A stretch of DNA of 64,000 nucleotides. It comes from Obrimoposthia wandeli (taxonomy: Eukaryota). The position numbers and the translations under genes were made by a program. Position 1 is the first letter of the stretch, and each line of letters starts with the position of its first letter. The DNA is taken from contig CDROCS010000228.1 in assembly GCA_977020255.1 (NCBI GenBank), positions 744,001 to 808,000 on the forward strand, given 5' to 3'. Below are positions 9,801 through 19,300 of the stretch, one piece after another. Under the pieces are notes generated by a model. It did not search any database, was not told where the DNA came from, and saw nothing but the letters and a program-made list of their open reading frames with translations.

Positions 9801-11428
9801 CTCCCCGAAAGATATATCATGTCAGTGAACTTTGTTAGAACAAAGCTAACATCGTGAATTCTAACTAGAGTCCATCCACTACTTAGCTCGCTATAATTAG
9901 CAATTTTTTCATCAAGGTTTCTTCCAATTTCAGTTACAAAATTATCATAAAAAACAGTTGCTTTATGTGAAATTACCCAAGTTTTAGTTTCCTCATTGAC
10001 ATTTTTAAACTGCACTGTTGCGCAAAATTGAACCTTAGCCTGTCCTAATTTAGTCACTTCTGATTTTAAAAGATTTTCAATATTTGAATCTACACCTACG
10101 TTTAATAAAATTTCATTTCCTAATGGCACCTTAACTATAACATATTTATTATTTAGGTGATACTCTATAGTAGCACCGTTTTCTCTACGTTTTTTGGGCG
10201 GGACCTTATTAAGAAATTGGCCTCGCCTCTTTCTTCCGTTTGTCGCTGACAAACCTCCCCCTAATTGAACGGGAAGACAACTATTTATATTAATAGTTGA
10301 AACAATCGCAGCTGAGGTTGAAGGTGCTGCTATTGGTGATGCTGCCGATGTTGAGGCAATTGCAGCTGATGTGGAAGCTGCTGATATTGTTGATGCTGCC
10401 GATGTTGAGGCAACTGTAGCTGATGTTGAAGGGGCTACTGTAGCAGGTGCTGCCGATGTTGATGAGACAGTGGCAGTTGTAGAGGCTGCAATTGAAGCTG
10501 ACCTTGCCGATGAAGAAGCGGCTGATGTAGAGGTAAGTGCTGCTGAAATAAATATATTAAAAAATAAATATATTTTTTAAAATTATTACCTCTAAGGCGT
10601 GCTAACATCGATGTAGGCACTCGCAATGGTGGAGGCATATCTGTTGTAGCAGATGACGATTGTAGAAAGGTATTTCCTGAATAAATAATATAAATAAAAA
10701 ATATATATTAAAAATAAAATATATAATTACAATTTACAAAATAAAAAAAATACCTAATGAAGGCAATCCAAGTTGAGCTGGAACGAAGTCCTCTTCATTG
10801 ATGGAATCTATCCAGCTGTCGTCCGTTGACTCGATGAAATCGGATTCCTCAATGGTCTCCAACCATGAGTTGTCGCTCCACTGAGGCTGCTCCATCTCGA
10901 AATCTGACTGGGTGATATTTCGCATCCAGTCATTGTTTGAGAATTGGGTTGCTGGTGCCAACTCCTCAAAATCTTCCTCGGAGATGTCGTTCATCCACTC
11001 ATTGTTAGACATTTGAGTGGATGGGGCAGCAGCAGAATCAGGAGCCGGGAGAGAAGGACCAATGGCAGGACCATAAACTGGTAGACTGACTGCCACTGTA
11101 AATGGAGGTGGAGCTCGAGCGGCCTGCGAATCGCGCACCAATTGGACGATATCCCTCTTCTTGTTGTTGGCCGTGAAACACGATAGGTGAGCTCGATGTT
11201 CACAGAAGAATTCTCGAAACTCCTTCTTCTCCATTGTTCTGCAGAAGGGGCAGACGAAGAACAGAACACCTTGAGACTTGGTCCGGTAGTATGCAGACAT
11301 TGTCTCCATGCAGGACTCTCCTCCATGCGGAGCCGAAGCACCGCAATACGCAGGGAATAGGTTACACGTAATCTGAAATAATAAATATTAATAAGGAAAT
11401 AATAAAACTAAATTCTTACCATAGGCAT
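6893..11428 (-). pseudogene. Protein-primed family B DNA polymerase with spliced N-terminal leader; exons 11428-11420, 11372-10754, 10676-10590, 10542-6893; several frameshifts and one stop
   Basis: ExoI VYADFES, ExoII FHNPKGYD, ExoIII YMKLD; motif A YIDINNLYG, motif B KLKSNSLFGKT, damaged motif C GDT(D)S; KGV and DDKR near the C-terminus. It also has an EndoVII-like insert (CYLC...DHDHVTG...CNLCN) and a vOTU-like segment (NLCFLYS...FHYAAI). The three GT-AG introns keep frame into the core. Confidence 0.9.
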
Positions 11429-11523
11429 TATTTCAAATTGTCGGGGATTTAAATGAAGAAAGTGTTTGCTTATATACTAAAATTTATGCACACATGCTCT
11501 TTTCCTATTGGATTAAAAAATTG

Positions 11524-11713
11524 AATTTATTCCTCCACTGAGAAGGATTGTTTATCTGTTATTGGATGAAAAAATAATTTTATTCCTCCAATTAAAGAGA
11601 AGGATTGTTAATCTATTATAGGTTGAAAAAAAATTTATTCCTCCAATCAAAAGGCTTATTTGTAAATAAATGTAAAATTTTAATAATGAATTCCTCCAAT
11701 TAGAAGAATTGTT
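11524..11713. promoter_or_regulatory. Four degenerate ~55-bp repeats (AATTTATTCCTCCAAT...GAAGGATTGTT) upstream of the PolB TATA box
   Basis: TTCCTCCA(A/C)T copies near 11530, 11583, 11638 and 11691; TATATAAG on - at 11476-11469; first ATG at 11428. Confidence 0.55.
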
Positions 11714-12202
11714 TATCTACATGTCAAGTAATAATAAGAAAGACTTAAACATTTTTTATATGCGCAATGGTCACCATGATTACGATAAGGACAGCAAATA
11801 TTTTGTGGAATATTTAATAGATGATCACGTGAAATATTTAAAGTATTCAACCTCAATTTAGGAAAATATTTTTTTAAAGTCTTATATTTTTTGCCATCCA
11901 TGTCATCTAAAACATAAAAAATTCCATTTTCAATTTCAAAATTAGATTTAATAGTATCGAAAATACATATTTCACAAAAAGCCTTATGTCCTTCTTTCCA
12001 TTTTAATAAATGGAAATATTTAGTTAGATATAAGTTAGTAAATTTTTTCTTATAATCTAAACTTTTAAATGGGATATCTATATGAAATATGAAATGCAAA
12101 GGATGAAAAACGTCGCATACATCCATAATACATAATTCTTTTATAATATAATCCCCAATTTTTGTTAATGAAAGCCTCAAAATCTATGATATATTCCTGC
12201 AT
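11713..12202 (-). pseudogene. DEDD/DnaQ-like (Maelstrom-like) nuclease of the type found in insect Polintons; one frameshift
   Basis: True start MQEYIIDFEAF at 12202 (DxE motif), frameshift near 12160, then IIKELCI, TNLYLTKYFHLLKWKEG and the Cys/His tail CCPYRNHGDHCA. Confidence 0.6.
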
Positions 12203-12342
12203 AATTACCCAAATTTGTAGCAAATCCCGTTGTTTATAACGAAAAACTATTAATCAAAAATTTATTAAAATGACGAGGTAGTATTTAGACAATTTAATAT
12301 TTAGACAATTTATAACATAATCAATAAAGACAAAATAATAAT

Positions 12343-12672
12343 CTATAAAATTATTTTTTTTGTGGAAGGACCCTCCTCCGGTTTAATCTGGAGGATTCGC
12401 TTTCTTGCTGCTTGCCGAACATCCTCCGTCTCTTCTCTTCTTTTTTCCTCCACCTTCCTTTTTTCCATTTCGATTTTCTTGTTCCACTCCACAACCCGAC
12501 GTCGTTCTGCTAGCCGCCTGTCCTGAATTTCCACCCGACGATTCCACTCGGTCGCGACAGCAGTATATAAATTCTGGTTGAGGATCCTCTTTCGTAAATC
12601 TCCTTTCTTCTCATTTATTCTTATATTTGCCTCGATCTTCGTCACCAAACTTTGCATTTTAATAAATTCCAT
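12343..12672 (-). CDS. 109-aa charged coiled-coil protein of unknown function
   Basis: Intact ATG ORF rich in E/K/R; TATATATA and CCAATC motifs lie upstream (about 12700-12840). Confidence 0.6.
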   Translation of the reverse strand: MEFIKMQSLVTKIEANIRINEKKGDLRKRILNQNLYTAVATEWNRRVEIQDRRLAERRRVVEWNKKIEMEKRKVEEKRREETEDVRQAARKRILQIKPEEGPSTKKIIL

Positions 12673-12854
12673 TTTTTAATTATGAAGATGTTTGAACCTA
12701 TATATATAAATTAAAGATATTTTTAATCCAATCACAAGCAATTAAAATATATTTATCAAATGGAAGTTTAATAAATATATAACTAATCATTGCATTTATA
12801 TTTAATCCTAAAAAAATTAATTATTCATTAACAATCCAATCACATTCGAATAAG

Positions 12855-13040
12855 TTAACTTTATTTTAATAAACTTACGGAGGATATTTTAATATTATTA
12901 AATTCTAAAATTTATTGTTAACCTTGTTATTTTAATAAACTTAAGGAGGATATTTTAATATTAAATTCTAAAATTTATTTTTAACCTTGTTATTTTAATA
13001 AACTTAAGTAGTATATTTTAATATTACTAAATTCTAAAAT
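12855..13040. repeat. Three tandem ~63-bp AT-rich repeats
   Basis: TTATTTTAATAAACTTA...ATATTTTAATATT...AAATTCTAAAAT recurs near 12861, 12927 and 12990. Confidence 0.75.
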
Positions 13041-13069
13041 AAATAATAATAAAAAGACAACACAAGAAA

Positions 13070-15159
13070 CTAATGTTTATAAATTATATTTTTGAAAATC
13101 CTTACGAAGTCTTCATTGGTATCATCGGGGTCGTATTCCCTCCGACTTATTTTGATAGGAGAAAGCGGTACTGGTTCCTTCTTCTTTGGCCGGCCCGGTT
13201 TCTTTTTCGGCTTCACCGGTTGCTGTACAGCAATTGTCCTTCCCTCAGGTTTTGGCAATAGTTGCCGCAACTTTTTGGGAGGAGGTGCAGCCGATATTGA
13301 TGGCCCGGACATAGCAGCAGTAGCCTTCCTCTTCCGCGGAGCTTTCTTCTGTTTCTCCTCCTTCTCACGCTGAAGCTGGCGTGAGACGGCATCCTGTTGA
13401 TCACGCGAATCTGGAAGCATTGCGGGTGTATCCAGTTCCGCCAGGAATTCGTCCAAACCAGCGTCATCCCAGGCCCTCTTCAAGTTTTGGCTGGTTGTTG
13501 GACGAGGAGAAGCAGTATCCTGCAGGCGTTGTTGACTCGAGTGCGGACTTATCTCGATCGGCGAGACTGGGATCCTCTCATATAAGATAGGCCCGTCGTC
13601 CATTGGAGGAGGGAGAATCTCCTGCTGGCCAATCACCGCCTCAGAATAATGGCCAATTGAGGTTCAAATTTTTCTCGCGCGCCTCGTCTTCTTCACCTCT
13701 GCCCGCTTTGTCCTTTTCTTAGGGAAAGGAGTAACTTCTCCCCAAGTCTCCTCAATTATCCGGACAGGTTCCTGCAAATGAAAACAAAAATAAAATTTTA
13801 TTTTAATAAAAAAATATTTAAAATAACAAAAAATTACCTCAATAATCTTAGACGGAAGGTTTTCCTGCCGCTCAATCGTTACTTCACTCGAATTGAGCAG
13901 ACAGGATTTCGCCTTTCTAAGACGCCGTGTCTTCCGTACAGTAAGCTGCCTCGTTCGCTTATGCGGGAAAGGAGAACTTTTGGCCCACGTCTCCTCAGTT
14001 AATATTATTGGTTCCTGCAACAACAAAAACATTAATAAAATTTAAACATATAAATAATTTACCTCGATGACTGGCAGATTAGCCTTCTTCTTGGCCTTCT
14101 TCCGATGGACCGTATTGGTTTTGATTCGATGACGTCGAGCTTTCTTAACTGCCGCTTGCTTCCTATCGACAGGTAGTCTCCGAGATGCCTCCTCCCGAAT
14201 TTCCTCCACCAATTCAGCTTCCTAAGTGAATAATTAAATAAATTTACTAATTTTAATAATATACCTCAATTTTAGCCGGAGTCGGTAGGTATCTCTGATC
14301 ACTCCTGGGATCATCCTGGCTACATTGACTTGACAAGTATTGCGGTTCAATTAGCCTCTCAATCGTGGTCACTGACGGTGCCATATCCAATTGCAGTTTC
14401 TGAAAATAAAATTAAAAACATTTTAAATAAATGATTTCTAACCTCATTCGTCGCCTTTATTCTCCTAACAGGACGTATCGGAGATTGTGGCCTTCTGAAT
14501 GGATCAGGCACTGTATTGTTGGGTATCGGAGTCGGAGTTGTAGAGGGAGTGAGACCATCCCATTCGTCAGTGAACAGATCCCACTCATCGTCATCCATTT
14601 CTGCAACCATGGACTCGTTGGCTCCCGGGGCTCCGATACTTGGCTGTATCCACTCCTCCTCCCCATCCGACGGAACGTCATCAGTAAACAGCTCCTCGTC
14701 TGAGTCTGGTGCCAGTATTATCTCCAGTTGAGACAGCGGGATCAATTTCCTGGGGCATTTGATTGCCGCCTCGAAATTGTCAAAGAGATTGGATCTCCTT
14801 GCTGCTACTGCTGAAGTTGCCGGACGATTGGCTTCTGTGTTCAGCCTGGGAGTACAGTCTTCCCAATTCTCTATCGAATCCTGACTAGTCAGATCGATAT
14901 ATTGGGATCTCTGTACCCCACCTCGCACGCTCATTGGTTCTTCTCTTGGAGTTGAGCTGGCCAATGGCGGTTCTTCTAGCAACAGTTGGGCTCTTGCTGC
15001 TGCTTCTCCTTCGTCTCCTTCACTCACCACCGACGAGTCTTGACTAAGTAAGTCAATGTACTACGCCGGTGGTGGCGTTCGCTGCTGTACTGGAGAGAGA
15101 TCTCCATACAGCTGAACCTCCGTCTCTTCATCCAAATCGACGTTATTGAAATTTGACAT
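13070..15159 (-). pseudogene. Multi-exon acidic/basic disordered protein with SUMO-interaction-like motifs; exons 15159-14443, 14399-14265, 14221-14063, 14014-13838, 13771-13070; two in-frame stops
   Basis: Four phase-0 GT-AG introns (43, 43, 48 and 66 nt) join open frames. Stops are TAG near 15062 and TGA 13666-13664. Motifs include YIDLL, YIDLT, KPGRPKK and basic NLS-like clusters. Confidence 0.7.
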
Positions 15160-15242
15160 TCTTGCTTCTTGATTAATGATATTTGATTTATGAAAAAATA
15201 ATGAAAAGAGGTTTCCTTATATACAAAAATAATAGACTAATC

Positions 15243-15513
15243 CTCTTTTGTCGTCCAATGAGAGTGGGTTAATCAAATAATTTATTTGAAAATCAGTAGG
15301 CTTTTCTCAATTTTTTAACTATGTTTTAATGCTGGAATTTCATTGGATAAAACATATTTTATTCGAAAATATATCACTAAACTTTTGTCGTCCAATGAGG
15401 GCTGGGTATTCAAATAATTTATTTGAAAATCAGTAGGCTTTTCTCAATTTTTTAACTATGTTTGAATGCTGGAATGTCATTGGATAAAACATATTTTATT
15501 CGAAAATATATCT
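15243..15513. repeat. Direct duplication of a ~139-bp CCAAT-containing promoter module
   Basis: CTTTTGTCGTCCAATGAG...AAATAATTTATTTGAAAATCAGTAGGC...TTATTCGAAAATATATC occurs twice in tandem upstream of the 15159 ATG. Confidence 0.8.
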
Positions 15514-15689
15514 ATTTTCTTAAGATTTTCTTAAGATTTTCTTGTATAAGTTTAACGTCCAATGAAAACGTATTATTCAAAGAATTTATGTTATTTTCTT
15601 AAATTTTGTTAATATTTGGATTTAAAATAGTAATATTTTTTTTTGACTGTACATGTTTTGATGGTATAAAAAATTCATGAACTCATTTC

Positions 15690-16072
15690 AGGTCAAGTTA
15701 AGGTCATTACCTTATGAGGTCATCATCGTGAGGTCAAGGTCATTTAAGGTCATCATGAGGTCAAGGTTACAAAGTTGTCTAGGTCATCATGAGGTCAAGA
15801 TCACTTAAGGTCATGATGACTAATTTGATGACTCATCAAATAAAAATGCAAATTATTTCGAATTTATGTAGTTGATTATTTAAAAATTTTTTGTGACCCT
15901 ATATATGTATCTTTCTTATAAATTCTTGTAAAGAATTTTTTTTTTATGACCTTGTATATATGTATGGATATAAATTTTTATAAGGAAAATTTTTTCGCGC
16001 CCACCGGGCGCGAAAAAAAATTTCTCGCGTATAATTTTTCTGGTCTGCAGGGCGCGAAATGTTTTTTCGCGA
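15690..16072. promoter_or_regulatory. Subterminal cluster of AGGTCA half-sites, an AP-1 palindrome and E2F-type sites
   Basis: Ten exact AGGTCA at 15690-15813; TTTGATGACTCATCAAA at 15824-15840; TTTCGCGC/GCGCGAAA at 15993, 16008 and 16052, and TTTCGCGA at 16065. Confidence 0.55.
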
Positions 16073-16261
16073 GCCTGTATTTATTACTCGTTGATCCACC
16101 GCGGGCCTGTAGGGCACCCTTTGGCCAATTTTTTGGCCTCTCAGGACCTTAATCAAAATTTTGGGAGCATTATGAGATTTTTAAATTTACATGGTGTTAA
16201 ATGGAGTTAATTTTTTTTTCTTTTTTTGAGTGTTTTGGGATGGTTGGGGGTTAGAAAATTT

Positions 16262-16330
16262 TTCTACACACCTACACGAAATTTCACTCTACACACATGC
16301 ACGAAATTTCACTCCACACACCTACACGAT
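16262..16330. repeat. Three short subterminal repeats ACACACCTACACGAAATTTCACT
   Basis: Directly visible just inside the right terminus of element A. Confidence 0.65.
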
Positions 16331-16386
16331 TTTAAAGGACAAGGGGGGAGGAGGGGTGTGGATTAGAAAGGACACATCCACCTACT

Positions 16387-19300
16387 GGTCATGACCCTCT
16401 ATGGTCGGCCAACATAGCCAAGGGGTTGTGGCCGACCATAGATGAAAATATCGGATTCAGTTTTGACTTGAAGGTTTGAAGGTTTGAAGGTATGGTCATG
16501 ACCATATATGGTTGACCAACACACCTAAAGGGTTGTGGTCGTCCATATATGAAAGGGTCGGGGTCAGTTTTGACTTGAAGGTTTTAAGGTATAATTAAGG
16601 TCTATTATAGTTGATCAACACATCTAAAGGGTCATGGTCGGTCATAGTTGAAGGGGTCGGGCTAAAGACAAAATTAACTTTCAAATATCAAGGTTTTAGT
16701 ACATAGTTGGAATCATCTTTTGAAGACGAATTCATCCATAAAGGTATGGTCGTCCATAGATGAAGGGTTAAAAAAAGTTGTAAGTACATGGTTGTGTTTG
16801 TCAAAATATTGTGCGTTTAATCATGTAAAAACTTTATAGTCGTCCACAAGTTAAGGGTCAGATTTGGAACAAACTTGATAATTTTATTACATGGTTGTAT
16901 TTGTCTATTAAAATTGAGGTCAACCATATCCTTATGATCATGCATAAGTTGAGGGATCCTAGTGTAAATAAAAAAAATACTTGTAATTTAAAAAAATATA
17001 TTTATATATATATATTTTTTAATTAAAATTTTTGTAAAATAATTTTTTTTTACACTTTCAGTCATACTCTATAACTCTAATTCCTTTACACATTCGATAT
17101 TACTAACGTTTTTTTTACTTACTCTTGTTATCACTTAGTATCATTTTAAATCATACTATCTAACTCATTTATTTACATTGTGATTTACATTTACATTCAT
17201 TCATACCTTTCTAATGACTTACTTGTCTATAGTTTTACTTACATTTAGTATTATTTTAATTCATACCATCAAACATAGTGTTGTTTCCTATTAATCTTGC
17301 TGTCACTTAGTCATTCTAACTTTTAACATAACTCAGTATCATGCTTCTTACAGTTGTTTACTTGTTATTAATCTAACTGTAACTTAACATAACTTTTATG
17401 CATACGAAACCTCTATTTGAATTTACTTAGAGTCTAAATTACATTCACATTCAATCATACTCTCAACACTCTTTTTTTTAATTACTCACACTGTCACTGT
17501 TTCACACTTGCAGTTTTACATTCACTTGCTAAGACTCTTACTTGTATTTGCATTCACTTGTAATCATACATGCATTCATTTACATTCATTCTAACTCTCA
17601 TTTATTCAAACTATCATTAAAAATCATTAATATTGTATTAATTTCCATTCATACTTGTACTTGACATTCGTACTTGCAATCGTATTCTTTCTTACTTGTA
17701 CTTGTAGCTACATTCATTCATACTTGCATTCATTTACATTCATTCTTACTCTCATTTATTCAAACTATCATTCAAATTCATTAATGTTTTTACTAATTTT
17801 CATTCATACCGTCAAACTAAGTGTTGTTTTCTATTAATCTCGCTGTAACTTAGTCATTCTAACTTTTAACATAATTCAGTATCCCTGATTCTTATAGTTG
17901 TTTACTTGTTATTAATCAATCTGTCATTTAATATAACTTTTATTCATACGAAAACTCTATTTTAATAAACTTGTAGTCGTAATTATACTCGCATTCAATC
18001 ATACTCTCGACACTCTTTATTTTTAATTACATTCACTTGATAAGATTCTTACTTGTATTTGCATTCACTTGCATTCATACTTGCATTCATTTACATTCAT
18101 TCTAACTCTCATTTATTCAAACTATAACTCAAATTCATTGATATTTTTACTAATATTCATTCATTATTGTACTTGAATACATTGTTCTTGCATTCGTATT
18201 CATTCATAATTGTATTCGTAATCTTTCTTACTTGTACTTGCATTCATTCTTAATTGTAATTGCTTTTATTTAAATTTACACTTGTATTAATTCACAATCG
18301 ATTATTAATTTTATTTTTTTTCACAAGAGATTTTTAATATTTTAGAAAGTTGAATAATAAATGGAAATACTAAGTTTATAATCGAATATGTACATAATTT
18401 GATTTATTTACATATAAAACAATATAATTAAAGATTTGATATTCTAATTTATAGACGAAGCTTTCAGTAAGCTTTGAATAACATGTGTTTGCAAATTAAT
18501 TTTCGATATTCGATACAAATAAAAATAAAATAAATTTGAAGTTTTTTTTTAATGTGTTAAAGATATTTTCGACTATTTAAAGTGTAAATCGAATAATGTT
18601 AATACTCAAATTATATAAATAAACATTTCTTTAACCAAGTTTTTTAAAAATAAAGAATTCAAATTTATCAGTTTAAAAAAACTAATTAAGGAATGTTATT
18701 AAATGAGATAAAGAATTTTTAATTATTTATGTGTGTGAAGTGATCATTATAACATGTGAAAATTATGTTTGAGAATAAACACACACACGAAAATTGACAA
18801 TTATTAATATAATATAAACAGATTATTAATGTTATTCATTGGTTGCTAGTATTAATTTGATAATTACAAATTAATAATAGAAAATGATTTATCTTTATAT
18901 ATATACATATATTTTTTTTAATTTGCTTTATAATTATTATATTTTTAATATGTTTATCATTATTTTAAGGCATAAATTACAATCATAAAATAGTGCAATT
19001 TTAAAATTAATAAATATTTAAGATATTTAACTTAGAGTTATAATAAATAGGTTTGTGTTTGTATATACATTTGTTTAAATACATCAAAAGTGACAATATA
19101 AAAATCGCGGTAATTTAAAAATATGTTAGAATTAATCATTTTACAGACTTTTATCAAAATTTAAATTATTAAAATCTAAAGGGAGAGTACAAATTGTTTA
19201 AAGTACAAATTGTAAAAAAAGAATTACAAGTAAGTTAATATCTTGTATTATTCTATTATTTTTAAATAACATTTGTATTTAGTAGTTATTACTTGAACTT

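Larger units (their letters stand above)
1..16386. mobile_element. Polinton/Maverick (adintovirus-like) element A, autonomous gene set, decaying; left end outside the window
   Basis: Carries the hallmark set pPolB, rve integrase, A32-like ATPase, adenain-like protease, major and minor capsid genes. The right end reads ...GGGGTGTGGATTAGAAAGGACACATCCACCTACT(16386), matching the ACCTACT ends of elements B and C. Confidence 0.93.

Noticed and set aside
10371-10580. Ala/Asp/Glu/Val-rich ORF on +
   Set aside because: It is the antisense shadow of the Ser/Thr/Ala linker exon of the spliced PolB gene; splice signals and frame continuity are on the minus strand.
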